A stretch of DNA of 64,000 bases from an uncultured Terriglobus sp. (lineage in GTDB: Bacteria; Acidobacteriota; Terriglobia; Terriglobales; Acidobacteriaceae). Both the position numbers and the translations under genes were made by a program. The stretch spans positions 7,637-71,636 of the forward strand of contig CAXTXE010000016.1 of assembly GCA_964248165.1 (NCBI GenBank), written 5' to 3'. The notes below the pieces were generated by a model that saw only the letters and a program-made list of their open reading frames with translations, had not been told where the DNA came from and made no database searches. Below are positions 34,408 to 43,356 of this stretch, one piece after another. Every line of letters starts with the position of its first letter. Positions within the stretch are counted from its first letter, which is position 1.

Positions 34408-35145
34408 CTAGTTGCTGCCAAGGATGTTGATCGAGAAAGCAATGACGCCGATGTTGAAGACAAACGCGCCAAGGGTATGGAACATAACCGTGCGCCGGTA
34501 AGTCCCTGAAGTAATATCCACATCGGAAGTCTGAAACGTCATCGCTAGGCACGACGAGAAGTACGCGAAATCCCAGTAGTCCGGCTCCTCCGTCTTCGGA
34601 AAGCAAAGCCCACCGGCATCCTGGCCCTGTGAAGTACGGACGTAGAACATGTGCGCGTAATGCAACGCATAGACGGCGGTGCTAAAAATCCAGATGAAAC
34701 ATAGCGTGGCGATCACAAGCAGCAGGTCGAAGGGTTGGCGGCGGCCTTTATGAGCAAGTTCGCTTCCCACCGCGACCATGATGACCGCACTGACCGCGCC
34801 GGCAATCAGCAGCAAAAAGCCGCGATTCGCGTCGTTTCTCTGTGCGGATTCCCGCATCGCCCATGGTTCATGCCGGAACAACGGCACGCACGAGATGAGG
34901 AAAGCGATAGCTGCGGCGTCGAATGCGACCATCACACCGCGTGCCGCGCCAAGAAGGGGCAGCGCAACCGCACCGCCTGCAAGTGCGATCCCACCGAAAA
35001 TCAGAAACGGCCACGGTGCCAGAACATGACCGATGTAAAATCCGCGACTTGCCGTCAAGAGAACTCCCTTAAAGAGACCAGATTTGTTGTCACCGCCGGC
35101 TATGTTGCGATGAAGAGTTACCGTGTATCCCTTCCCGGACAGCAA
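34408..35145 (-). CDS. DUF1345-family integral membrane protein
   Basis: Multiple TM helices and the characteristic C-terminal DYWDFAYFSSCLAMTFQTSDVDITSGTYRRTVMFHTLGAFVFNIGVIAFSINIL. Confidence 0.75.
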   Translation of the reverse strand: MLSGKGYTVTLHRNIAGGDNKSGLFKGVLLTASRGFYIGHVLAPWPFLIFGGIALAGGAVALPLLGAARGVMVAFDAAAIAFLISCVPLFRHEPWAMRESAQRNDANRGFLLLIAGAVSAVIMVAVGSELAHKGRRQPFDLLLVIATLCFIWIFSTAVYALHYAHMFYVRTSQGQDAGGLCFPKTEEPDYWDFAYFSSCLAMTFQTSDVDITSGTYRRTVMFHTLGAFVFNIGVIAFSINILGSN

Positions 35146-35328
35146 CCCGGCCGTCGCCCAATACTTGCGGAATGACGGTAAGCCCGAAACGCACTGATGA
35201 TAGAACCCACCAAAGGCATAAGTATCTGGTGGCGTGTTAGATTGCGAGTTATTCCCGCCGAATACTTCAGCGTACAGGCGCGTGTGTTCCTGAAGATGAT
35301 GCGCATTGGGAAGGATGGGCGAATGGCT

Positions 35329-36516
35329 TTACCGTAGCCGCCGTAATCTCTCGCAGGCCTCATCCAGCTCCGCGTCGCGCTTGGCAAAGCAGAACCGCAG
35401 CAGCTTGTCTCCGCCGCCGTTCGTGAAGAACGCAGATCCCGCCACCGCCGCCACGCCGGTCTTCTCCAACAGCTTGCGCGCCTTCTCCTGGGCCGAGTTG
35501 CCCTCCAGCCGCGACGCATCCGCCAGGATGTAGTACGCGCCGTCCGGCACATGCGGCTTGAGGCCTGCATCCGTCAGCGCAGCCAGTGCCCGTTCGCGCT
35601 TACTCTCGTGCTCCGTTGCCAGGCCGGCGTAGAACGATTCCGGCAGCTGCTCCAGCCCCGCCGCGCACCCATGCTGAAACGGCGCGGGCGCGCAGACATA
35701 CATCATGTCGTGAAAATGCCCGATGGACGGCGTCCACCGCGCATCCGCGATCAGATAGCCGACACGCCAGCCCGTCACGCTGAACGTCTTTGAGAATCCA
35801 GAGATGGTTATTGTGCGCTCCGCCATGCCCGGCAGCGTAGCCATGCTGACATGCTGGTGCTCCCGATACACGAAATGTTCATAAATCTCGTCGGAGATTA
35901 CAAACAGATTCTGCTCGATTGCGATCGCCGCCAGCGCCTCCAGCTCTGCGCGGGTATATACCTTGCCGGATGGGTTCGACGGTGTATTGATGACAATTGC
36001 CCGTGTCCGTTCCGTTAGCGCGGCGCGGACCGCGTCCACGTCCAGCACCCATCGCCCGCTCTTCGCATCATCACTGGAACGGAGCGGCACAATCACCGGC
36101 TTGATGTGAAAGGTACGCAGCGTCGTGGCGTGGTACCCGTACAGCGGCTCAAACAGGATCACCTCATCGCCCGGGTCCAGCAGAGCCATCACCGTCGCGT
36201 CATACGCGCCCGTCGCGCCGGACGTCACCAGCACCTCCCGGTCAGGATCGGGCGTCCTTCCGCTGCGGCGTCCCCAGTCGGCGGCAATCGCGTTCCTCAA
36301 GCGGGGGATCCCATCCAGGCGCGTGTAGATGTTGTCGCCCGCATCGATGGCCGACTTCGCCGCCTCGCGCACCACCAACGGCACCTCGGTATCGCAGATG
36401 CCCTGCGCCATGTTTATCGCGCCCGCCCGCTCCGCCAGGACGCTCATCGCACGAATCTCACTCTGCACCGACCCCGGTGCCAACGCACTCAACCGCAACT
36501 CTGCCATGCGCACCAT
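35329..36516 (-). CDS. class I/II pyridoxal-phosphate-dependent aminotransferase
   Basis: INMAQGICD, VLVTSGATGAY, NTPSNPSGKVY, and the PLP-lysine motif ISGFSKTFSVTGWRVGY. Confidence 0.85.
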   Translation of the reverse strand: MVRMAELRLSALAPGSVQSEIRAMSVLAERAGAINMAQGICDTEVPLVVREAAKSAIDAGDNIYTRLDGIPRLRNAIAADWGRRSGRTPDPDREVLVTSGATGAYDATVMALLDPGDEVILFEPLYGYHATTLRTFHIKPVIVPLRSSDDAKSGRWVLDVDAVRAALTERTRAIVINTPSNPSGKVYTRAELEALAAIAIEQNLFVISDEIYEHFVYREHQHVSMATLPGMAERTITISGFSKTFSVTGWRVGYLIADARWTPSIGHFHDMMYVCAPAPFQHGCAAGLEQLPESFYAGLATEHESKRERALAALTDAGLKPHVPDGAYYILADASRLEGNSAQEKARKLLEKTGVAAVAGSAFFTNGGGDKLLRFCFAKRDAELDEACERLRRLR

Positions 36517-36517
36517 C

Positions 36518-36745
36518 CTACATCTGCTCGCGCGCTGTTTCCGAAGGCCTGAGGCGACTCCTCAGACCCTCGACCGCAGTGACGATACTCTCGACAACAG
36601 CATGGAGCCGCGCTCCGTGCAAATCGTAGGGGTCTTCGGTTCAATCTGGCCGTCCTTTGCAAACAGACGAAGAAACGTCACCTTGCCCGATGCCTGCGGG
36701 AATCGTTGAACAAGCTGGTTGTAGTTCTTCCAATCCATCACCAGC
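36518..36745 (-). pseudogene. C-terminal half of a low-molecular-weight protein-tyrosine phosphatase, frameshifted
   Basis: One frame gives ...ADLVLVMDWKNYNQLVQRFPQASGKVTFLRLFAKDGQIE. A shifted frame continues EDPYDLHGARLHAVVESIVTAVEGLRSRL, ending at stop 36518-36520. Together they resemble the Wzb-type C-terminus (DLILTM...GKV.L......PDPY). The CX5R N-terminal half is absent. Confidence 0.5.
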
Positions 36746-36766
36746 ACCAGGTCAGCGGCGTCATCA

Positions 36767-37120
36767 TCAAGGCGACGAGGATTTTCTTGCCATGAGACGA
36801 AGGCAGGTCTCCTGCATCGTGCCCGAGCAGGTGACGAACTTGACGCGCACCGCGTGTCTCTGGCCGATGCGCCAGGATCGCCGGCTCGCCTGCCTCAGCG
36901 TGTGTAGCGAAAAACCGGTCTCATAGAAGTACAGAATCGGGAAGGCCAGGAGATCGGTCTCCACCAGCTTCGGATGGCAGATGACCACCTCAACGCTGGC
37001 GTAAAGAGAGTCTTGCCGGAGAGTCGCCGGCTTTCGCGACATCAGCGCAGAGGTGCTGGGGACGGCTCCGAGAGCGATCCGTTGATCGCGATCACGGGAC
37101 GGCGTTGAAGGGGCGGCCAC
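36767..37120 (-). pseudogene. C-terminal fragment of an SNF2/DEAD-like helicase (motif VI region), frameshifted
   Basis: ...AFPILYFYETGFSLHTLRQASRRSWRIGQRHAVRVKFVTCSGTMQETCLRLMARK carries a helicase motif VI (QASRRSWRIGQ). It has no N-terminal ATPase domain, and the continuation (LMGKKILVAL) is in another frame. Confidence 0.5.
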
Positions 37121-37200
37121 AGCCGAGCTTCTGCTCAGGCATACGCTTCGTACAGAACATGACGTTTACGTCAACCATTGGTTACGGGTCAAGGCGGTCA

Positions 37201-37383
37201 ATGGCCGAACGGATTGGATGGATCGGACTTGGCGAGTTGGGCTATCCCATGGCCGTCAATCTGCTGGAGAGCGGCTACCAGTTGTCGGTTTATAACCGGA
37301 CGCTGAAGAACATGTCACGCCTCCTGAGCAGGAGCGGCACTCCCAGATGTGTCGACAGCCGACACAGCAAGCAGCGTCCGTGA
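37201..37383 (+). pseudogene. N-terminal fragment of an NAD(P)-binding 3-hydroxyisobutyrate/6-phosphogluconate-dehydrogenase-like gene
   Basis: MAERIGWIGLGELGYPMAVNLLESGYQLSVYNRTLK is the GxGxxG dinucleotide-binding start of that family. The ORF then degenerates and stops after about 60 codons. Confidence 0.4.
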
Positions 37384-37822
37384 TCTTCCGGATCGCCTCT
37401 TCGAAGCGTGCCGGCGGTTCGACTGGTTCACCGGCACGACTGTAGAAGGTCGGAGCAAGTTCGCCACGCACAGCTCTGTGTTCCTCCTTCCAGAGATCGA
37501 GAGGGAGAACGCCGTCCTGACCGCGGAACAGCAGTTCAGGGGAGATCTCCGGACGCGTTTGCCCCGGTGGAACAGATATGGCGTGTTGCGTGATTACCTC
37601 ATAGGTCCTCACGATCCGCAGCATCTCAATCCGCACCAGACCTTCAGCAATGTAGATCGCATGACGTCCGTTCACCGCGATGGAGTCGATCGACTGCAGC
37701 CAAGGCAGCGGGTATCCGTCCGGCGACAGGTATGCGCGGGCACGGCCCATGTCAGCGACCGCGCCACCGGACTCGAGTACCAAAGGAGGAGATCGAGCGG
37801 CTCTCGGTCGACCCATTCGCAA
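37256..37822 (-). CDS. hypothetical ORF of unknown family (possibly another fragment)
   Basis: 188-aa ORF in the fragment-rich region. No motif was recognised. Its 3' end overlaps the dehydrogenase fragment on the opposite strand. Confidence 0.25.
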   Translation of the reverse strand: MRMGRPRAARSPPLVLESGGAVADMGRARAYLSPDGYPLPWLQSIDSIAVNGRHAIYIAEGLVRIEMLRIVRTYEVITQHAISVPPGQTRPEISPELLFRGQDGVLPLDLWKEEHRAVRGELAPTFYSRAGEPVEPPARFEEAIRKITDAACCVGCRHIWECRSCSGGVTCSSASGYKPTTGSRSPAD

Positions 37823-38042
37823 AGGCTTAATGATTTAGGACACGCATATGGCCACGAAATCGAAGATACAGAATCGTCTTCCGTGTCTCGACACTACGTC
37901 CCGATAACGCCACCCACATTGCAGGAACGGCAACCGTAGACGCGACGGCACCGAAACCGGTCCGTGGTGTGATTTTGGAATTTGGGACAAGGATGCGACA
38001 AAGTCGCGGAAAGGACGTGACGCTAAGTGATTGAATTTAAAT

Positions 38043-38118
38043 TGGTGGACCTGATCGGGATCGAACCGATGACCTCTTCCATGCCATGGAAGCGCGCTCC
38101 CAGCTGCGCCACAGGCCC
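38043..38118 (-). tRNA. tRNA-Ala (anticodon GGC)
   Basis: The reverse complement GGGCCTGTGGCGCAGCTGGGAGCGCGCTTCCATGGCATGGAAGAGGTCATCGGTTCGATCCCGATCAGGTCCACCA folds as a 76-nt cloverleaf. It has a 7-bp acceptor stem with the G3:U70 Ala identity pair, D stem GCGC/GCGC, anticodon stem CTTCC/GGAAG with loop A-T-GGC-A-T, T loop TTCGATC and an encoded CCA. Confidence 0.92.
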
Positions 38119-38413
38119 ACTTCAAGTAAGCATACCCGGTTTCGTCCGGGTGGTAAATGTCCGGGCCAGGCCGGTACTGCGTCGGCGGACGCTTATGGTA
38201 AACGCGACCGAACCGCCGGTGCTGCAGACCATCGCGCAGTCCGTCTGCCATGCACGGAAAATGCGGCGCGTGCAGATGTGAGCCGTCACGGGAACAAACC
38301 GGGCTGCCTGCGGTGTCTAAGTCAGTAGAGTGAGCGAGAGCACTCGCATCCGCCGGCGGATGAAACACCATTTGCAAGCAGACCTGTCTGGGACGTAACG
38401 TGAAGAGGTTGAG

Positions 38414-39193
38414 ATGGGCGGAGTTGCAGTGATCGACCCAATGGCAGGCGCAATCGGCGGCTTTGGCGAGGTGGACGCCCTTGAGGCCCGGCGCGCGGAA
38501 CCGCGTGCCGACGAGGCAGCAATGGTTGCGGCGCTTCAGGCCGGGTCAGAGGACGCGTTTCGCCAGTTGATCGCACAATACAGCGGCCCGCTCTACTCGC
38601 TTCTTTTGCGCTCCCTTGCAGACCCGGCTGACGCCGCCGATGTAACGCAGGACGTCTTCATCAAAGTCTTCCGCTCGGTCGGCAGCTTCCATGGGAATAG
38701 CAGCCTCAAGACGTGGATATACCGGATTGCCATGCACGAGGCGTCAAACAGCCGCCGGTGGTGGATGCGGCACAAGCGAGCAGAGATCACCATTGACGAA
38801 CCCGTGGGCGTGGACGAAGGCGACCTGAATTTCTCGCTGGCGGACACGCTGGCGGATGGCCGGGAATCTCCTTTCGAGAGCGCGCGCCAGGCGCAACTCC
38901 GCGCCACGGTTGAAGCTGCCCTGCGCGAAGTTCCGGAGAGCTTCCGCACGGTTGTCATTCTGCGAGAGGTAGAGGGGATGGCATATGACGAGATCGCTGA
39001 GATTCTTGACATCAACATCGGCACGGTGAAGAGCCGGTTGATGCGCGGGCGTGCGGCGCTGCGCGGTCTGCTGGGGGCACGCCTGCCGGAGTTCGCCTTT
39101 GATGCTCTTCCCGAATCCGCACGGCTCGCACACAAGCGTCCCAGCCAGGCAGAGACACGGTCCGCGTCTCCCGCATATAAGGAGGCACGATGA
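38414..39193 (+). CDS. ECF-type RNA polymerase sigma-70 factor
   Basis: Region 2: DVTQDVFIKVFRSVGSFHGNSSLKTWIYRIAMHEASNSRR. Region 4: FRTVVILREVEGMAYDEIAEILDINIGTVKSRLMRGRAAL. Confidence 0.85.
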   Translation: MGGVAVIDPMAGAIGGFGEVDALEARRAEPRADEAAMVAALQAGSEDAFRQLIAQYSGPLYSLLLRSLADPADAADVTQDVFIKVFRSVGSFHGNSSLKTWIYRIAMHEASNSRRWWMRHKRAEITIDEPVGVDEGDLNFSLADTLADGRESPFESARQAQLRATVEAALREVPESFRTVVILREVEGMAYDEIAEILDINIGTVKSRLMRGRAALRGLLGARLPEFAFDALPESARLAHKRPSQAETRSASPAYKEAR

Positions 39194-39837
39194 AGTTTAC
39201 AAACCGCCACCTGAGGGCATTGCTGGAGCATGCAGGCCTGCCGTCAACCCATAGCGAACCAGAAGAACTGAGCTTTGAACGCAAAGCGCTGGACAGTGCG
39301 CTGAGTACCCTGGCACCCGCGCAGGCACCCGCTGACCTGCCCCTTCGCATCCGTCTGGCGCTCTCGCATGAACGTGTGCGCGCGGAGCGCCGTCTGCCTG
39401 GCCGCCTGCGCCATCGCTGGGAGACCTTCCAGGAAAATGCGCTTCGACCCGTGGCGTTGCAGGTTGGTGTCGCCGCTGCGGCGCTGGTGGCCGTTGCCGG
39501 TGGAGCTCTCATGCTGAGCGCGGTCACGCCGCAACAGGCTGTTCAGGCGAATGATGTCCCACTGGCGGGGTTTTCCGCGCCGCGGTACATGTACAGCATC
39601 GCGGGTGAGCAGCCGGTTGGCGGAACCAACGATCAACCACTGATGGTGGAGGCGTACGTCAACAGTACGGGCCACGTGTACGACTATCGCGTCCTTTCCG
39701 GCAATCTGGATACGCGGTCTGACGCGTCCCTGCGGCAGCGTATGCTTACCGGAGTCTTCCAGCCGGCGGAGGTCTTTGGTGAACCCGCGCGCGGCCGGGT
39801 TGTGCTTACCTTCGCGGACGTCGTCGTCCATGGCTGA
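39190..39837 (+). CDS. putative single-pass anti-sigma factor
   Basis: ATGA overlap with the sigma gene and a central TM helix VALQVGVAAAALVAVAGGALMLSAV. No zf-HC2 motif, so the call rests on position and topology only. Confidence 0.5.
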   Translation: MKFTNRHLRALLEHAGLPSTHSEPEELSFERKALDSALSTLAPAQAPADLPLRIRLALSHERVRAERRLPGRLRHRWETFQENALRPVALQVGVAAAALVAVAGGALMLSAVTPQQAVQANDVPLAGFSAPRYMYSIAGEQPVGGTNDQPLMVEAYVNSTGHVYDYRVLSGNLDTRSDASLRQRMLTGVFQPAEVFGEPARGRVVLTFADVVVHG

Positions 39838-39954
39838 TGCCCGCCCGCTGGAAGGCGCAAGGCCCAGCCCGGACCCGAGACGATTGACCATGCCTGTTCT
39901 CACCGCCTAGACTCAGCGATTGGTACACCTTTCGCTGAGGTCCGTCGAACTCCT

Positions 39955-41817
39955 GTGCATCTTTTTCCCCGGTCCGTCTCCCTCCCGCTGCTGTTGCTGG
40001 TCGCGTTCCCCCTGCTGGCCCAGCGTAGTTCGTCGTCCACAGACACCCCTGCGACGGAGCAGCAGCAGACTTCTTCATCCGCCGGGCCGCGCCGGGGTGT
40101 GGAGGCGAGCGGCTCCGCTGTGTCGCTTGAAACCAGTGAAAGCCTCTTCCAGATTGCTGCCGCGCTGAACGCCTGCGGGTATGACAATGGGCTTGAAAGT
40201 TCGCTCCCCGTTCGCGCTGCCGTGCGCTCGGACATGATGAACGCGATTGCTGGATCGGCAGCTGCCGGCACCAGCCAGCAGGCACTCTGCGGGTACATCC
40301 AAAGCCACACCCTGGGAAGTGCGCAGAACCTGGCGCAGTATGTTTCGCTGGCGCTTTTTCTAGGGCCGCCGCCAGAGCTCCAGATCTCCGTTCCTGAAAG
40401 CGAAATGCCGCCCGACTCGCTGCAGGTGGTGAATGTCTTGCCGCTCCTGCGCGACTTCGCCGCAAAGGTCGACCTGCACGGCATCTATGTTCGCCACCGA
40501 GCCGCCCATGAGGCTGCGGTGGAGCAGGTGCACGACAGCGTGACCCGTATGTTGCTGGAGACCAACCTGTATCTCCACCAGCCTGTTTCAAGTTACGACG
40601 GACGCCGCTTTCTCGTCCTTCTGGAGCCGCTCTTGAGTCCGCAGGCAGTGAATGCGCGCATTTACGGCAGCGACTACTACGTGGTCACCTCGCCCTCGGT
40701 GATCGATCCTGCCGCACCGCCGCGTGTCTCGCCGGGATCAAGAATGAGCGTGGGCGCACATGCGGGCGGTCTGCAAATGGATCAGGTCCGCCATGTGTAT
40801 CTGCTCTACAACATCGACCCGATTATCTATGCGCGTGCTGGCGCGACGAACCGCCTCTTGCCGCTGCTAAAAACGGTTTCCGATGCGCCCATCGATTTCC
40901 TGTACAAGAGCGACATTGTCGCGCTGACCACGGAATGTCTGATCAAGGCGATCGAAGCACGCACCATGGACGTTGGTATTGCGAAACCCAGCAAGCCCAC
41001 CAACGTGCGTCAGCGTACCGAGATCGACAACTACAACCAGGCGATCATCGACTACGACAAGCGAGCGGAAGCCGTACGCCGCAGACGAGTGGTCTTGGAT
41101 ATGGAGTCAGGCTGGGTTCTTACCGAGTCGTTTTATGACAAGCTGGCGCTGGTTGACCGGGAGGGCGTCAGCCTGAAGGAAAGCATCGGCGAGTTGGTGT
41201 ATGGGATGGATGTACCGCACGAGGTTGACCGCGCGAAGAAGATTCCGTTCTTCCAGCCGGGCAGCCCGGAACTTGTCGGTGGCGGTGGCGTCAGCCGTGC
41301 ACGCGCTCCACGGGCCGCGTTGACAGCGATGGACCAGGCAGAACTCAAGCTGCAAAAGGGTGACAAGGCTGGCGCGGAGGAGATGGCTGAAAGGGAGCTG
41401 CAAGGAAATCCTGCATCCGGTGAGGCGTTGTACGTGCTGGCGCGCGTCAAGCTGATGGAGGGTGATCCTCAGGCCGCCTATAACCGCTTCACGCAGGTGC
41501 TGGCCGCCAGCAAGGACCCGCGCACGGTCGCCTGGTCGCATATCTACCTGGGCCGCCTGTACGATACGCAGACCCAGAACAGCCGCGCGAAAGCCGTGGC
41601 GGAGTACCATGCCGCGCTTGCCACGCCGGGCATTCAGCCGGACATCCGGGCCGCCGCTGAAGCGGGTATCCGCCAGCCCTTTGCCGCGCCCAAACGCACG
41701 GTGCGGGACAGCGACCAGCAACAGCCTGACGATGAAGTCCTGGACCCCACCGGCAAGAAGCAGAAAGAAAGCTACAGTCCCAGCGAAGAGGTTTCACCGT
41801 CCGGGCACTCCAGGTAA
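39955..41817 (+). CDS. secreted hypothetical protein with C-terminal TPR repeats
   Basis: Signal peptide MHLFPRSVSLPLLLLVAFPLLAQ. TPR-like GNPASGEALYVLARVKLMEGDPQAAYNRFTQVLAASKDPRTVAWSHIYLGRLYDTQTQNSRAKAVAEYHAALA. Confidence 0.65.
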   Translation: MHLFPRSVSLPLLLLVAFPLLAQRSSSSTDTPATEQQQTSSSAGPRRGVEASGSAVSLETSESLFQIAAALNACGYDNGLESSLPVRAAVRSDMMNAIAGSAAAGTSQQALCGYIQSHTLGSAQNLAQYVSLALFLGPPPELQISVPESEMPPDSLQVVNVLPLLRDFAAKVDLHGIYVRHRAAHEAAVEQVHDSVTRMLLETNLYLHQPVSSYDGRRFLVLLEPLLSPQAVNARIYGSDYYVVTSPSVIDPAAPPRVSPGSRMSVGAHAGGLQMDQVRHVYLLYNIDPIIYARAGATNRLLPLLKTVSDAPIDFLYKSDIVALTTECLIKAIEARTMDVGIAKPSKPTNVRQRTEIDNYNQAIIDYDKRAEAVRRRRVVLDMESGWVLTESFYDKLALVDREGVSLKESIGELVYGMDVPHEVDRAKKIPFFQPGSPELVGGGGVSRARAPRAALTAMDQAELKLQKGDKAGAEEMAERELQGNPASGEALYVLARVKLMEGDPQAAYNRFTQVLAASKDPRTVAWSHIYLGRLYDTQTQNSRAKAVAEYHAALATPGIQPDIRAAAEAGIRQPFAAPKRTVRDSDQQQPDDEVLDPTGKKQKESYSPSEEVSPSGHSR

Positions 41818-41911
41818 TGCGGCGCTGCTCAAGGGATGGTGACACGAGGTCTACCGGAGCCGCTATACACTATGCGGAACACTGAACACGCACAATCGTG
41901 AGGGTTACATC

Positions 41912-42559
41912 ATGCCTGACCTCCTCCCTGAATTTGCCATGAACCCTGACCCGCGCTGCGCATGTGTGCTGCTGCTGGATACGTCTGGATCAATGGCAGG
42001 CGCGCCGATTGACGAGCTGAACGCAGGCCTGCGTGTCTTCCAGACCGATGTTCAGGACGATTACCTGGCAAGGCGCAGGCTTGAGATTGCAGTTGTCACG
42101 TTTGGCGGAACTGTGACTACAGTGCTGGATTGGGTTTCAGCCGGACAGTACGAGGCACCGTTGCTGACGCCCGCGGGTGGAACACCCATGGGTGAAGCGG
42201 TTTCCCGTGGCCTTGCTATGGTGAACGCCCGCAAGCAGGAGTACAAGCAGGCGGGCATCAGCTACTACCGGCCCTGGATCTTTCTCATCACAGACGGCGC
42301 ACCCAGCGACGAGTGGCACAAAGTTGCCGAAACCGTCCGGCAGGAGAGTGCCCGCAAAGCCCTGAACTTTTTCGCGGTTGGTGTCAACAACGCCGACATG
42401 AACACCTTGGAGGCCTTCACGGACCGGACGCTGAAGCTGAACGGTCTCAGCTTTCGTGAACTGTTCCTGTGGCTTTCACAGAGTTCAAAGTCGATCTCGC
42501 GCAGCAGGACGGACGAGCAGGCTGCGCTGCCGGCTGTCACGTTTGGTTCGCCGGTATAG
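41912..42559 (+). CDS. TerY-like von Willebrand factor A domain protein
   Basis: MIDAS residues LLLDTSGSM (DxSxS), GGTPMG (Thr) and FLITDGAPSD (Asp). The length (215 aa) and sequence are typical of stand-alone TerY-type vWA proteins. GAGGG lies about 8 nt upstream of the ATG. Confidence 0.85.
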   Translation: MPDLLPEFAMNPDPRCACVLLLDTSGSMAGAPIDELNAGLRVFQTDVQDDYLARRRLEIAVVTFGGTVTTVLDWVSAGQYEAPLLTPAGGTPMGEAVSRGLAMVNARKQEYKQAGISYYRPWIFLITDGAPSDEWHKVAETVRQESARKALNFFAVGVNNADMNTLEAFTDRTLKLNGLSFRELFLWLSQSSKSISRSRTDEQAALPAVTFGSPV

Positions 42560-42561
42560 CC

Positions 42562-43356
42562 ATGCTGTTGCGGAGTTCTGGCGAGACAAGGCAGGACTGC
42601 CCAGCATGGATCGCGTTAGGGACCTCGGTTGCAGGGACCAGCCATCTCGCCCGGCAGATTCCGTGCCAGGACGCCCATGCCGGTGTACTGCTGGACGACG
42701 GCACCCTGCTGCTTGCCGTCGCGGATGGCGCAGGCTCCGCCAGGTGCTCCGGGGAGGGCGCATCCGCAGCTGCCGTAAGCGCGGTTGCTTCGCTGGCCAA
42801 CTCGTTGGCTAAGGGAGCGGCAAAGGACGCAGACGCGTGGCACATTGTGTTGAAGGCGGCGCTTGCAAAGGCGCAGCAATCCATTGAGGATCTCGCGGAC
42901 GGCGCGGACGCCGCGCCCAGTGATTTTGCTACAACACTTCTGCTTGCAGCCGTTACGCCCCGGCACGTCGCATCGCTTCAGGTTGGGGACGGTGCCATCG
43001 TGATCCGCTCCGATGGCTTGCTGCACGTCCTGCCCTCCGCACCAGGCGGTGAGTACATCAACGAGACGACGTTCATCACCTCCAGCGGTGCCATGGAAAG
43101 CGCTTCCGTATTTGTTGGCGTCAGCACGAACGTTGATGGAGTCGCCATGTTCAGCGACGGCGTGCAGTTCCTTGCCATCGAGTACAGCACCGGGACGGCA
43201 CATGCGCCGTTTTTCGACCCTATCTTCGCGTTTGCCCGAGAGGAAGACGCAATCCCGAACGAACTGGAAGCCATGCTGTCTTCAGATCGTGTGAACCAGC
43301 TGACCGACGATGACAAGACGCTGGTCGTGGCCGTGCGCATGGACACGGCCGCATGA
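42562..43356 (+). CDS. PP2C-family (PP2C_2-type) protein phosphatase
   Basis: CQDAHAG..LLAVADGAGSARCSGEGA, TTLLLAAV, LQVGDGAIV, AMFSDGV, LTDDDKTLVVAV. The start is 2 nt after the vWA stop. Confidence 0.8.
   Translation: MLLRSSGETRQDCPAWIALGTSVAGTSHLARQIPCQDAHAGVLLDDGTLLLAVADGAGSARCSGEGASAAAVSAVASLANSLAKGAAKDADAWHIVLKAALAKAQQSIEDLADGADAAPSDFATTLLLAAVTPRHVASLQVGDGAIVIRSDGLLHVLPSAPGGEYINETTFITSSGAMESASVFVGVSTNVDGVAMFSDGVQFLAIEYSTGTAHAPFFDPIFAFAREEDAIPNELEAMLSSDRVNQLTDDDKTLVVAVRMDTAA

Noticed and set aside
36518-38042. An intact prophage or integrative element at tRNA-Ala
   Set aside because: I found no integrase, excisionase, transposase or recognisable duplicate of the tRNA 3' end by eye. Only gene fragments remain.
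37835-38377. 180-aa minus-strand ORF and two plus-strand ORFs (38027..38281, 38086..38328)
   Set aside because: They overlap the tRNA-Ala gene (38043-38118) and its flanks. There is no coding signal.
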